A stretch of 64,000 nt of DNA, from NCBI RefSeq assembly GCF_009914755.1, contig NC_060925.1. One strand, 5' to 3'. A program made the position numbers and the translations under genes. Each line of letters begins with the position of its first letter. Positions within the stretch are counted from its first letter, which is position 1. This document shows, one piece after another, positions 30,775 through 44,400 of this stretch. Source of the stretch: the human T2T-CHM13v2.0 reference genome, Homo sapiens. Under the pieces are notes generated by a model. It was given only the letters and a program-made list of their open reading frames with translations, was not told where the DNA came from and did no database searches.

Positions 30775-32114
30775 ACAGACTAAGTTTTCTGGCTTCAACT
30801 ATGGAAAGAGGAAAATACACTGTACTCCCTGGAATGCTGTGAAGAATGAGTGTTATGTATTTTAAATATTTTATACATTCTAAAACCTTATGATATATTT
30901 ATTTGTTGTATTTTGTGTATCTCCCTCCAATAATATGATCTCCATGTGGGCCAGGACTCTGTCTTGTGCCTGGCTGACACCCCCCCACATCAAGAAGAGC
31001 CCTGAATCTGCTGACAAACTAGAGCAACAGCATGGGAGAATGGGGAGGAGCTCTTGGTGCCTGGGTTCAGGCCAGCTGCAGGCTGGGCTTCAGATTTCTC
31101 CCTTGCTGATTTAAGTCACCTGGGGCTGTCATTTTTCCAAAGTGAAGAGTGTTCCCCACGTGTCAAAAAAGATAAAATGAGAAATTTTATCAAGATTCCC
31201 CAGGTTTCTGACCTTGGGATTTGTCAGAGCACCTATGAAGTCTCTAATACCATAGGTTTCTCTCATTTAGTTTACTTTGAATAACAAAATACCGCTTGGG
31301 GACCAACACCATAGCCTGAAGTGACTTCAATCAATCCTAGTTGTGTGATGTTTGCCTAAAAGAACTGGTACAAATGAAGCACAAAAATCTAACACAGATT
31401 TACTGACTCTTCTGGGGGTGTTGGAACTTGCAAGAGTTGGAAATGTAAACAAGTCTTTTAAAGGTTGCTTATAAATAAAACTATTTTTGAGTGTGTGTAG
31501 AGTCATCCACACTCTCTTTCAAGACAAGTGAACACAACAAATCATCTTAACATTATGCAATGGATAGCTGTGGTTTGGGAGAAAATTTCCAGAGATAGCA
31601 TTAAATGCAGATGTGAAAAGTTCTGTTTCTTAAACAATTTAGACCAAGGTACTGGGGTGTTCTAGAAAGCTGTTAAATGGCTCAAAAATGGGCAGTAGTG
31701 ATAATGAGGACAGCCATGAGAAACATTAAGTAAAAAGTTGTATACTTTTTTTTTAAGAAATGTAGACTTAGAAAAAAATGTATTTCCAAATTAATATTAT
31801 ATGTAATATGTGATTTTAAATGTGCTTTAAACAAATTAATACAATACATATTGATATTAATCATTTGACTATTTTACTCATATTTGCAACAATGTATACT
31901 TTGTTTACATTTTAAAACTTTTAATTTTGGAAACTTCAAAAACAGGCACATGTGGAGATAATAGCATGATGAAACTCCCTGTGCTCATCACCAGGCTTCA
32001 GTGATCAACTGACAATCTTATTTTATTTATCCCCACATTACCCTCCACCAGAGATGAAGTGAGCCCAGACAGTGTGTTATTTCATCCACATTATTTCAGC
32101 ATATGTCTGTAAAG

Positions 32115-32301
32115 CAGTGGTTCTTAAAGTGTAGTCTTTGGGCCAGAAGCCTCAGCTTCCTCTGGGAGTCTGTGAGAAATGAGAATTATTGAGACCCACG
32201 CCAGACCCACTAAATAGAAATTTGTGGGATGGGGCCCAGGAATCTGTGTTTGAATAAGTCCTCCAGTAATTCTGACGCACGCTGAAGTTTGAGAACCACT
32301 G
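32115..32301. mobile_element. MER5A hAT-Charlie MITE
   Basis: TIRs cagtggttct / agaaccactg; ~187 bp; ggggcccaggaatctgtgttt core. Confidence 0.88.
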
Positions 32302-32510
32302 CCCCAAGAATGAGGACTCTTTTTAAATACACAATAACATTATAACACTTAAAAATTCCTTATTATTAACAGTAATTCCTCGATATCTTCAAATGTCTCA
32401 TCAGTGTTTAAAATCCCCCTGTTGTCTGGTAAATCTTATTTTCATAGTTTGTATATTCAAAATATGAACCATATATTGCAATAGGTTAATATCTCTTACA
32501 CCTTTTAAAA

Positions 32511-32903
32511 TTCCTTCCTTCCTTCCTTCCTGCTTTTCTCTCTTTTTTCCTCCTTTCCTCTTTTCCTTACATCTTTTAAAATTCCTTCCTTCCTTCTTTC
32601 CTTCCTCTCCTTGCTTCTTTCCTTCCTTCCTTCCTTCTTTCCTTCTCCTTCCCCTTCTCCTCCTCCTCCTCCCCCTCCCCTTCCTTCCTTCCTTCCCTTC
32701 CTTTCTTTCTTTCTCTTTCTCTCCTTCTTTCTTTCTCTCTCTCTCTCCCTCCCTCCCCTACCCTCCCTCCCTCTCTCCCTCCTTCCTTCCTTTCTTCCTT
32801 TCCTTTCATTCTTTCTCTTTTTCTTTCTTTCTTTCTCTCTCCCTCCCTTCCTCCCCTCCCTCCCTTCCTCCTTCCTTCCTTCTTCTTCTTTTTTTTTTTT
32901 TTT
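32511..32903 (+). repeat. ~390-bp polypyrimidine compound microsatellite ((TTCC)n/(TTTC)n/(TC)n) at an Alu tail
   Basis: Almost exclusively C/T; source of the spurious ORFs at 32505..32970. Confidence 0.95.
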
Positions 32904-33181
32904 AATTTTTTCTGTTACCCAGGCTAGCGTGCAGAGTAGCACAGCCATTATTCACCACAGCCTGGCCTGAACTCCTAGACTCAAGCAATCCCCTGTCTCA
33001 GCCTCCCAAGTAGTTAGGACTAGAGGTGCACACCACCACACCCAGCTAACTTTTTGTTTTTTGTAGAGATAGGTTCTTGCTAGGTTACCCAGAGTGGCCT
33101 TGAACTCCTGACCTAAAGCAATCCTCCTACCTTGACCCCCTCAAAGTGTTGGGACTACAGGCATGAGCCACTGCATCCAGG
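32890..33181 (-). mobile_element. AluJ-type SINE
   Basis: Diverged antisense Alu with AluJ-like features (ctcaagcaatcc, ttgctaggttacccag). Confidence 0.88.
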
Positions 33182-34424
33182 CTTACATATTTTTAAAATG
33201 TCTAGTCTTCCCACTCTGCCCCTTTCATCATTATTTTTTCTTGCAATTGTTGAAGAAGCTGTGTTGTCTGAACTGTAGAGTTTTACACAGTCTGCATTTT
33301 CTGGCACCCCTATGCTGTTTTTAAAAAGTATCATTTATTTCTTGTAAAATAGTAGTTAAATCTAAAGTCTTATTCATGTTCAAGATCAATTTTATTTGAG
33401 AAGACACTTTTGTAGGTGGTATATTTTCCTATGGAAGCAAATGCTATCTAATTGCCTTTTTTTGGATCATAATTACAGGCAGTCATATGCATTGCTTAAT
33501 TCCTTTCGTTTTCATTAGGGCTTTGCAAAATGGTGAAATTCTTATCCCACCATTCTTCATTTATTAACAGAAATAGTTCTTTAAAGGGAAACGTCCCTTC
33601 ATCAACTATTACTTCAGATACAGTTTGCATAGAAAATGGCCAAATGAATAAATGCTTGGTTGTTTTATTTACTGTTTTTTTTCAAATAAATAGTTTGTTC
33701 CCTAGCATTCTTCAGAGATAACCAATGAGTTTTTGTTTTTTAAAATAATCATTATGAATATATACATTTAAACATATTTAATGTGTTTCAATCTATTGCA
33801 ATTATTATTTTTATTGATGCCCAAATTATGTCGCTTTCAACTGTGGGAAACTCTTTAAGTTAGATCCTGAGTCTTTTTTGACCAGTCTTAGGAAGGCTTT
33901 GTATCTTCATTGCTTTCGTTATAAGTGGATATTCCAGGCTCAAAGGTGGAATCAGCTCTTGGAATTTTCCTGAACATAATGCAGATGCAAGGCTACTCAT
34001 TGCTTCGGGCCTAGTCATTGTTTCTAAATTTTTCCAATGGACAGAACTGGGAAATACATTTTTAAAAAGAGTTCATACTGATTTTTCATTTCAAATGTAG
34101 GACCATAGGGGTTTTATGTAATTTTATTAATACTCTACCTATATTTTATTTCTTCTATACCCCAAATAGCAAGTCCAAAAAAAAAAAAAAGAGAAAACCA
34201 TCAGGATAGTGACTCACTTGCTTTATCACATAAAATATACACACAGAGAATAACAGTATCAACATAATGGTCATTAAAAACATTTAAATATTTTTTTCAA
34301 GAAATATTTTCTTTACAGTAAATATTCCACTAGGGATATGCAATGAAGTCACTGTGTTTTAAAATCATTTACAATTGTTTCATTCTGTTTAATTTTACTG
34401 CCAATTAATATATAGTTAGGTTCA

Positions 34425-34972
34425 TGTGGTCACTCATTTTCAAGGTGGCCCCAGTGATCCCTGCTTCCTGGTTTCATGGCCTTATGTAGTCTCCTTCATC
34501 CCCTCAACATTTAATTAAGATTGGTCTATGTGACCAGTGGAATACTGTGGAAGTGATGGTACGTCACTTCTGAGATTAGGTTATAAAAGATATTGCAGCT
34601 TCCAATTTGATTGTGTACAATCAATCTCTCTCGGATCACTCATTTTGTGAGAAGCCAGCCATGTCATGCACACCCCTAGAGAGAAGCCCAAATGAGGAAA
34701 ACTGAGACCTGTGGACACAGCCAGGAGGCCTCTGTCAATAGCCACATGAGTGAGCTTGGAAGTAGATCCTCTAGTTCTGATCAAGCTTTCAGATAACTGC
34801 ATCTCTGGGTGAAATCTGGGGTGAAATTTTGCAAGACTTTGAACCAAAATCTCTCATCTAAGCCACTCCTAGATTCCTTTCCCTGAGAAACAGTAGCAGG
34901 TAATACATGTTTATTGATTTGAGTGACTAAGTTTTAGGGCAATTTGTTGTATACCAAAAGATAAGAAAACCA
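34425..34972 (+). mobile_element. MaLR LTR (MLT1F-like)
   Basis: aaggtggccccagtgatccctgcttcctgg...cacttctgagattaggttataaaaga...ctaagttttagggcaatttgttg. Confidence 0.75.
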
Positions 34973-37709
34973 GATTTATTTTATTTTGTTTTTGATTTTT
35001 ACAAATTGATTTTCTTAACATATAATTTTACTTTATAATTCTGTAGTGTAAAACATTTGCGTGGTTGCAAAGCCAAACCTACAAAACAAGACATTCAGAG
35101 AAGTATGGTTTCTATTTTTTATCCATTCATCATGTTCCATCTATCCCCAAGACATAACCACTTTTTAATAATGTTCTTAATTAATTCCTTCATTTTAAAA
35201 AACATAAGGGATATGTACATAATAGATATATATATAGATAGATACCTGGTAGAATAATCTATATATATTTTTCTACCTCACTTTTATTCAATTAATAATG
35301 TATCTTGTTATATTACTCCACATAATAATATATAATAATACTCATATATACACAAATTCTACATTTCTTTTTACAATTTCATAGTACTCCATGTATGGAT
35401 GTACCTTAGTTTATTCAAACAGTTCATTGTCTATGGAAATTTAGGTTGTTTATAATTTTTTGGTGTAACAGGTAATGTTGGAATGTATATCTTCTGCATA
35501 AATCTTTTAATATTATATTTTTCAAGTACATCTTTGGGATAGATTTCTCAAAGTGAGATTTTCTTATAAAAAAATGTAGATGTAGTTCTGCTAATTACTG
35601 TCAATTTTTCTTCCAAAGCAGTTTTTCCATTTAAATTTTTTTCTATCATTGTAGCAGTGTATCTGTTTCCCCATAGCCTTCCAACAAAGTATATTATCAA
35701 TATTATGGATTTTGCCAAATTATGTTATCAATTTCCTGGATTTTGCTAATGAGAAATTATATCTCAGGGCAGAATTAATTTACATTCTACTTATTAAAAG
35801 CAAGTCCACATCTTTTGATATATTTAAGGAACATTTACATTTGTTTTTCTGTGAACTGCCTGTTCATGTATTTTGCCCATTTTTCTAATAGTATAACCCT
35901 TTTTCTTCTCTATTTTAAGTAGAATATTCTATAGATGAGAGATATATTTGTCAGTGATGCAAGTTGCAGATTTTCCTCCTACTTTGTCAGGTGTTTATAT
36001 GCTTTGCTTACAGGTGTCTGGCCCTTATGGTGAAAATAATCACTCCTTCAGTGAAAAGTATCATTTTCCTCATTGTATCTGCATTTTGAGTCACAGTTAA
36101 GAAAGTTTCCCCTTATCCCAGATGATAGAAGAAATCACTCATGTTTACTTGTACTATTTGTATATGTTTATTTCTTTACACTTAAACCTTTGATGTATTT
36201 GGAATATATCCTAATGTACATCTTACGTATGTATGGTATATGAGGAATAGACCCAACTTAAAACTTCTCTATAGCTATCCAATAATGTGTCACTGATTAA
36301 AATGTCCATCTGTTTCTTATTAATTTTCAATGTCACCTTTATCATATACAAAATAACAATATGCCAGTGGGTTTATTTCTGAATTTTTCTTTTCAATTTC
36401 ATTGGTCTTTCATGTATTCATGTGCCAAAACCACACTATTTTAAATATAGAGACTTTTTGTTTTAATATCTGGTAATGGTATCTTACCCATTACTCATAG
36501 TGCTGCTCTCCTTTTCAGGGTTTTCTTGACTATTCATGCTTGTTTGTTATTCCAAATTAACTTGCTAATCAATTTGGCTAGTTGTAAAACAAAACAAAAT
36601 AAAAACCGAACACTATTTTTTTGTTGGAATCCCAACAAATTTATAAATTACCCTAGGGAGGATTGACGTTTTGATGATGTTAACATTTTATGTACAAGAA
36701 AACAGCATGCCTTTCCATTTGTTCAAATCTACTCTTGTGTCTTTCTGGAGTGCTTTATATTTTGTTCTCATACAGGTTTGGACATTTCTTGTTAAGTTTA
36801 TGTCTTGGCATTTGATTTATTTATTTAGTTAATTTACTTCTACATTTATTTGCTATAGTAAATGGTGCCTTTTCCTCCATTTTATCTTCTAACTCATTTT
36901 TGTTGACATATATGAAGGCCATTGATTTGTGTTATTGATTTTATAACTATCTAGTTTGCCAAATTCTCTTGATTGTTGGTAGTTTTTTCATTAACTGTCT
37001 TGAGATTTTAGATGTACAATCTTATACTCTGAAAATAGTTTTACCTCTTCTTTTCTAAGTAATATGCCTGTACTTTCTTTCTCTTATGTAATTGCATTGG
37101 CAAATATCTCCAGGATAACATTAAAAGCCAGCGGAGACAGTGGGCACTCTTAACTTCTTCCAAACTGAAATGAGAAAGTTTCTAGTGTTTTCCCATTAAA
37201 TTAGATGTTGGCTTTGAGCCAATATACAGAGAAAGACATTTGGAAATGAAAATGAACAAGCAACAATTCTTATTCTCAGTGGTCTTATAGACTTGTGGAA
37301 GGAGACAGATAAGGAAACAGTTTATTTTAATAGTATGGCAACATCTACTGTAGAAGTGTGCACAGATTCACTTGGAAATACATTAGGAAAGGCGTTTACC
37401 TCAGTCTTGGAAATCAGACGATAATGCTTCTTGATAGAGCTGCTATCTAAGTTGGGACACTTATATGGTTAGAAGTTAATCAAATAAAGATGGAGGGAAG
37501 AGAATTTTACCCATAAAGAATAGCATGGGCAAAGGATTTGAGGTGAAAGGGAACAGAACTCTATTTATGGAAAAGAATTTCAGTTTAGTGAGATGTGGGG
37601 ATGAAAGTGAAATAGAGAATAGACAGAGTTGAGCTAGAATGCTAAGTCAAGGAGTTTAAATTTTATACCAGGGAATTGGGATTTAACAAGGGAATTTAAG
37701 TGTTTTAAG

Positions 37710-38130
37710 CAGAGGCTATATCTGATCAAGTGGTTCCTCCTAAAAGAGATAGCATATATATCCCTGCCCCATTCATGTTGTGCTTGGCCATGTGGTTTGC
37801 TTTGGCTAATGGGATGTTAGTGGATATGACACAAGCAAAAAGCAAAGACTTAAAATGCACTTGTGTAATTGAGTTTGTTCTCTTAAAATGTTTCCATCAG
37901 TATGAGAAGGACATGCCTTGAAGAGCTCGCTGGATTCAGAACAAGAAAACACAGAGCAGACCTGAATCAAATCCAGTTTAGAGCCAAGCCTAGCCCAACC
38001 CAATTGAGATAAATAAAAGCTGCCTAAGCTCATATCTGTAGATGTGAGCATAAATGATTATTGTTATAAACCACTGAGTTGTGGGGTGATTTGTTACGCA
38101 GCAGTATTTATCACAATAGCTGACCAATAC
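37710..38130 (+). mobile_element. Old MaLR LTR (MLT1I/J-like) within L2 fragments
   Basis: ttggccatgtggtttgctttggctaatggg...aaaccactgagttgtggggtgatttgttacgcagca...agctgaccaataca. Confidence 0.65.
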
Positions 38131-39284
38131 AGAGAGAGAGCTTTAAAGTCAGAAAAGTCAGTTTGAAGATGATTAAAATCTCCCTGGTGAGACAAAATGG
38201 TGGTCTGATTAAGGTGATGACAAGGAAAATAAAAGAAAGATAAGGTTTTGAGAGACACGAAGGAGGTAGAATTTAACGGAATCTGTGATTGGTTGGATGT
38301 CAGGGTTAGGGAGAGACAGGAGGAAAGTATGTTCAGGTTTCTTGCTGGTGCAATTGAGAGAGGGGTGAGACCATTCTGTGAGACACAGACCACCAGAAGT
38401 ACAAGATCAAAGGCTCTGCCTTGAACTTTCTAAATCTGAGCTGCAAATGCACAGCCAAGTAGAAATGTCCTTGACATCTGTCTATTCATCTATAAAATAA
38501 AGATAACATCATGTGCCTTTACCTACCTTGCAAGGCTATTGTGGAGAAGGAACAAGGGAAAACACACAAAAGGGCTTTGAAAAGAAACCTTCCCAATAAA
38601 CTGTGATAATTATTAAAATTAAAGCACTAACACTTTCATTTTCATGCTGCCAGATGCAAAAAGCACACTACAATTTTATTTTTGAAACTGTGCTACTGAG
38701 TTTGTTGCTAGTCACACATTCTTTTTTATTCTTCTGAGAGAAGGCAGAGCTGATAATTCTGAGAAATGATATAAACAATATGTATTTTTTTCAAAAACAT
38801 ACGCATATAAAGCAGAATTTGGAGGCAAAAAGATCCTAGGACTAGGAGTCAGAAGAGCCAAGCTCTTTTCCTGTGAGACCTTGGAGCATTTAAGCTCTCT
38901 GGTCCTCTCATTCTTCCTTTGTGAAAGGAAGGTTTGTACTTGTTTATTTGTAAGATATCTCACTGTTCTTATATACACAAAATGAGGGATTCTCTTAACA
39001 TCTTCAGTTTTACTTACTTCCTACCAATGAGACTCTTCGAACTTACTCTGTGATTTGGAAAAGAGTTTCACACTTGCTCGTCCTCAAGCATGTTAGCTCA
39101 GTCTTTATCAGCAACTTCTCTTTTGGAGCAAATTCAGCTGGTCCAGATTGCCTGTTACGTCCCAGGCAGGAAAGCTTATTTTCATCTATGTGTGAGTGAT
39201 AAGGATCTAGAAAGAGTTCTGATTGGTGTGCTTTTGTAACTGCGGCAGGATTCCATTTACCACTTAGTCAAGCTGGTAATGAGG

Positions 39285-39380
39285 GTCTCTGTACCAGGCA
39301 ACTGTGGCTGCCATCTGGCGGGCCAGCACCACACGCCCGCCCGGCAGACAGAACCAATTAGTCGGTCCCCACACCTCCCA
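39285..39380. promoter_or_regulatory. Intronic regulatory element: CTCF motif, RFX-like site, GC box and CCAAT
   Basis: Minus strand CCGCCAGATGGCAGC (39321-39307) fits the CTCF core; TGTACCAGGCAAC 39290-39302; CACGCCCGCCC about 39332-39342; CCAAT about 39354-39358; local GC/CpG peak in non-repeat DNA. Confidence 0.6.
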
Positions 39381-39724
39381 CAAGGCCTTCCTTGTTTGGT
39401 GGCAGAGTGTTAGCCCCCGCTGAGCCTCCCACTAGAAACCCTGTTGAGTTCTGGGAGGGGAGGGGCAAATTTTCTCCCTGTACTGCCGAGCTAGCAAATA
39501 ATCCAGATCATGGAGGTTAAGAACAGCTTACCTAATGAACATGCTACCTATGGTAATGGCGAATGCAGAGTCCATGACAGGAATGAGCAGTTTGATGTAT
39601 TAGGAGGAGTGTCAAGAAACAGATGTCTATATATAAGAGAAAAACTAGAAATGGCTTAAGTGCCCATAAGGCGTTTGTTAAGTGAACTGTGTTATATCTC
39701 TATAAAGGAATGTATACAGTTTGG

Positions 39725-39935
39725 TGACTAAGGACCTAGAACCTGGGCTTGAATTGTGGGTCTGCCACTTCTCAGCTCTATGACTTTAGCAAGGCCCTTG
39801 ACCTCTCTGTTTCTCAGCTCCCTTAAACATGAACTAAAGATAATAGGAGTTCCTACCTCGCCGGGTGCTTGGGAATAGTAAATTAGTTAATATCTGTAAA
39901 GAGCTCAGAATACTGCCTGGCACATAGTAAATGCT
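39725..39935 (+). mobile_element. MIR SINE
   Basis: acctgggcttgaattgtgggtctgccacttctcagctctatgactttagcaag...tgcctggcacatagtaaatgct. Confidence 0.8.
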
Positions 39936-41391
39936 ATCCATCTAAGTGTTAGTTCTGAGTACAACTCTCACAGAACCATTAAAGATGATGCGTAGGATGA
40001 TATTTTTCATGCCAAGGGGAGAATTTTTGATATGAAGTGAATCAAGCAGGATAATAAAGAGTATATATAATGATTCTTATTCTATATCTATGTATGAAGG
40101 AAAAAAGAGGAAGAAAGGAAAAGAAAACCACTAGTTTTCTTTAGTTGATATTTTTCTTCTTATTTATATTCTCCTGTTTTTCAAAAATTGCTACATCGTT
40201 ATGCTATTTTTATAATTAGAAAGCTCAATAAAAATTTAAGTAAAGAAAAAAAAGAAAACCTAGACAAACATCTTATCTACACACTTATGAGTCACTTTAT
40301 CCTTTCTGAGTGTTAGTTTTATCATCTATGCCATGGTGGTAGAAATAACAATGGTATCTACCTCACAGGGTTAATTTCAAAGAGTAAATAATAAAATTTA
40401 CCTCGAAGCAATCAGTCAATAATAACGTCTTTTATAACCATAATATTATTACCAAGGCCATTCTTTGGGAGCAAAAACAACAAATATATTAATGCCAGAA
40501 TCTAAATTAGGTTAAAACATTCAGATAAAAATTCACATTTGATCATTCAAATGGATTATATCACCTCTGCAGATTCACTATCTTTTGCTGTAACCAAGGC
40601 CTAAATTCAAGGATTCAGCCAAACTGGAGACTAAGAGGCTTGAGTGACAGCTCAATCTGTGTCACTCATGTTTTGGGAAAGTCACTTTCATTTCTGGTCT
40701 TCAGTGTTCAACTAGACCTTGCAGAGTATAGCCTGAGGTCCATAGATAGGCTGTTAACCACTCCAAAATTTGATCCTTTGCATGGTTCTTATGAGCAGAA
40801 GATCACAAATCCATAGGCATTCATTTTCTCATATGACTAAAGACTAGCTAGCAGCTCAGTGATTTAGAAAGGGCTATTAAAATTACAAACTAAAAATAGT
40901 TATGTTAGAGTGTACTGCAGAATCTAATTCAGTATTTTACTAAAATATCTGGCTGTCACTTAATGCTTGGCAGCATTGCAAAACTCCTACTCTATGTATC
41001 TGTTTAATTGCAATTTCAGCAATTTTGGAAATGGTACTTTGTTATCAATGAATCATTAGTTTTGTCTTGATTTAGATCCAGTTTTCAATTGCTGCTTTAC
41101 TTGCTTTTTAATTACAAACTACTAATCATATAGATTCATCATCATCAAGTTAGTTTGTTATGAATTGTTTGGTTGATTGTTAACAGAGTGCAGTGGTATA
41201 TATTTCTATCAACAGAGTTTGGGGCCTATAATTTTTTTTTGTAATTAGACATGGTTGCATTGTATTTTTAAAATAAATTATTTCTTTTTGTAATGTAAAA
41301 GCAGACAGACTCTTACCCTCCAACACGCCCCAACTTTGCATGTATAGTAACAACACTGAGTATCACTGAGCTAACCACAGGCAGAATAGGT

Positions 41392-41457
41392 TGACCAACT
41401 CCATTGGTTGTCATGACCAACTTCTTTGGTGATCATGACCAACTCCGTTGGTGGTCA
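41392..41457. repeat. 3 x 22-bp quasi-palindromic tandem repeat
   Basis: tgaccaactccattggttgtca / tgaccaacttctttggtgatca / tgaccaactccgttggtggtca. Confidence 0.9.
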
Positions 41458-41645
41458 GCAAAGATACAATATACAAAATGACCCTGAAGTTCATTTTCAG
41501 ATTGAAAAAAATTGATTCTTACTTCTATCTCATGCAAAATATATTAATGAACATTTGTACAGTGTGTTTTTGTGTGAACCTATGTTTTTATCTATATTTT
41601 CCTAATAAATTATCAAGATAAACGTGGGTATTTTTTGTCACTCAC

Positions 41646-41880
41646 ATTGCCATCCAGGAATCTGCTACTGTTTGCCCCTGTTAGTAGTTTCTGGTTGTTT
41701 TCTGATTTCTGGTTGTTCTCTGGGTGCTTTTTCTCTTTCACATCATCTGGATTATCAGTGGTTTGCTGATCAGTGAAGTTAATGGGAACTGGGGTGTCTC
41801 TGCTCATCTGCCTTGCATTATCAGTCATTGGTTTCTGGTGCATTGTTTGGGTTTCTGTTTTCAAGCTGTCATTCTCCTTG
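41646..41880 (-). CDS. C1orf87: Exon 3 (235 nt): (I)KENDSLKTETQTMHQKPMTDNARQ...LLTGANSSRFLDGN
   Basis: Acceptor ttcttcacag|; donor AAT|GTGAGT; overlaps ORF 41613..41864; phase restores the frame (cumulative 342 nt). Confidence 0.95.
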
Positions 41881-42420
41881 CTGTGAAGAAAGAATTGTAT
41901 ACTTTGTTACTTACAGGCAGACTCCTCATACACTAGGCTGGCATAAGAACAGAAGGTGTGTTTGGTGTTGTGAACAGTAGAAACTCAGCACAGTGGAATG
42001 TGGAAGCATAAACATTGGTTATTTGTCTATGCATCATTGACCATAGAGAGAACATGTTATTAATATTATCTTTGCAGGCTTTATCTTTTTCCTTACCCTC
42101 TTCCTCATACTCATAATCTATCCATCTGCTCCCAAACCCTTACTGTAAGCAATGGCCAGTATGAAAAATGAACCCTAAAGGTTATCACATTTCTTACTTG
42201 TAAATGTAACAGGTATTTTCAGCCTTAGAAAAGAAAGTCAAAACAGTTTGTCAGCTCCAGTTCTGCTCTATGCCTCTCCCCTTGAGACTTCCTTTTCTCC
42301 TGGGAGCCTTTCATTTAAGTTTAATATTAGAGAAAAGAAAAAAAAAACTGTAGGATGATTCAAGGAAATTCAAATAACAAACAAAATTAAAGGTTCAACT
42401 TTGTTTAACAACTAAAAGTC

Positions 42421-42798
<378 letters not shown>

Positions 42799-43439
42799 TC
42801 AAGAAGCTGAAACTCTGACATTGTAGAACAATGTTAAAGCATGTGTATTAAGGAGAAAAATGCAAAAAAAAAGAAAACTCTAAATATTTAGTAATAGGTG
42901 GATGCATTGACTATTTCATTCTTTGCTTGTGATAAAGGGTATGAAGTCATTAAAATAGTTATGAATAATTTAATGATACAAGTAAATGTCCACTTATAAA
43001 AGTAAGTGAATATATGATTGTCTCAACTGTGTAAAAGGCATGTATATAACGTGTGTGCCTATTCCATGTAGCAAACAATGTGCCAGAAGTTAACAGTATC
43101 TCCGGGTGGTAGAACTCAGCGTATTACATTACACTCTATTACACTATATCATGTCAGATTATACTTCATAGTATTATTGTTCTAAATTTTCTACATAGGA
43201 AAATACTATTCTATAATCTGAAAAAATAAGTTTCAAAGTAGCTATGCCTTGTACCTACATGGCATTCTATAAATTCTAGCTGTTATTTATAGATACAGTG
43301 GAAAAGATCCATTTACAAGCATATCATGTTATCTAAATATAACATCCATTGATTTAAATAATACTTGTTGAACTCCAATACTTGTTGATTTGAATAAGAC
43401 CAAACCATGGGCAATAATTTGAATATATGTATATTTTTA

Positions 43440-44400
43440 TAGTCATCCTTTTGGTGGTGGTAGCACAAGAAGAAAAGAAGGCCTAGGAAAAAACTCTGAT
43501 GGATACTACATTTAAAGAGGAAAGATGAGCCTTAAAAAGAGCTTTAAAAAAATTCCCGGTAAAGTAGAAGGGAAATCAGGAGACTAGAAGGAAGACTTCG
43601 TAGAAAAGCAAGAGGATGTCTCCAGAGAGAGGACAACAGTATTAAATGCTGCTGAGAAAGGAAATTTCTGAAAAGGGTCCATTGGGTTAGCCATGAAGAT
43701 GTAGTCAGGAATCTTGGTATAGGGAGTTGCAATGAGGTAATGTAGGTGGATGCTAGACTGAAGTGGATTGAAGAAAGAAGGGGGACAAGCAATGTAGACA
43801 GGAAGTATAAAGACCTGTCTGAAGAAGTTTGGCTGCAAGAAGGGAGAAAGATGGGGTGATGATTGATGTGGAATATAGGGTTTCAGATAAGACTTTGTTA
43901 TCATGTTCAAAGATGTTAGGGAGTTTAGCCTGTTGAAATGCCAATGGTGAATAGCCAGTTGAACTGCAGAAAAGGAGAGGATATCATTGATGATATAAGA
44001 TGAACCTTGACAAAGGGAAATGGAAGTCATTGAGAGGACAGACACAGAAGGGAAACCTCAGGGTTAAGGTTGTAGAAAAATAGGTAAGGATGTAGGCAAA
44101 TTAGTACATTTGATGACAAGATGTTGATCAAATTGCTGACAGCTTGAATTTTCTCTGATAACAAGGTATGGTTACCTTGGGTCTCATCGGGGAAATGATG
44201 GGGTAGAAAGTCTGAATTAAGGGCAGATGGTTTGGGACAGCTGCTATGAAGAGTGGAAGAGGGGTGATCAGAAAAATAAGACAGGTTGGCTGGGCCAACT
44301 GAGTGGCCAGTTAAGGTTAAAGACCATTGATTTTTGTGAAATCAATTTGAGAGCGTGAATGGCACTTCACCCAGTAGTCCTCACAGACATGCAGAGAAGG
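43440..44400 (-). mobile_element. L2 LINE fragments (approximate)
   Basis: Purine-rich antisense L2 text (gctagactgaagtggattgaagaaag; gaagaagtttggctgcaagaaggg). Confidence 0.6.

Larger units (their letters stand above)
31910..37215 (-). mobile_element. Long old L1 (L1MC/L1ME-like) 3' region with nested MER5A, AluJ and MLT1F; boundaries approximate
   Basis: Extended T-rich antisense L1 ORF2/3'UTR-like text (gaaaacagcatgcctttccatttgttcaaatc; gcggagacagtgggcactcttaactt). Confidence 0.7.

Noticed and set aside
32505-32970. Long K/E/R/G-rich and F/L/S/P-rich ORFs (147, 77 and 119 aa)
   Set aside because: They are translations of a polypyrimidine microsatellite and Alu tail, with no splice or codon evidence.
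41392-41457. Possible CRISPR-like array
   Set aside because: Direct tandem units with no unique spacers, only three copies, eukaryotic context and no cas genes.
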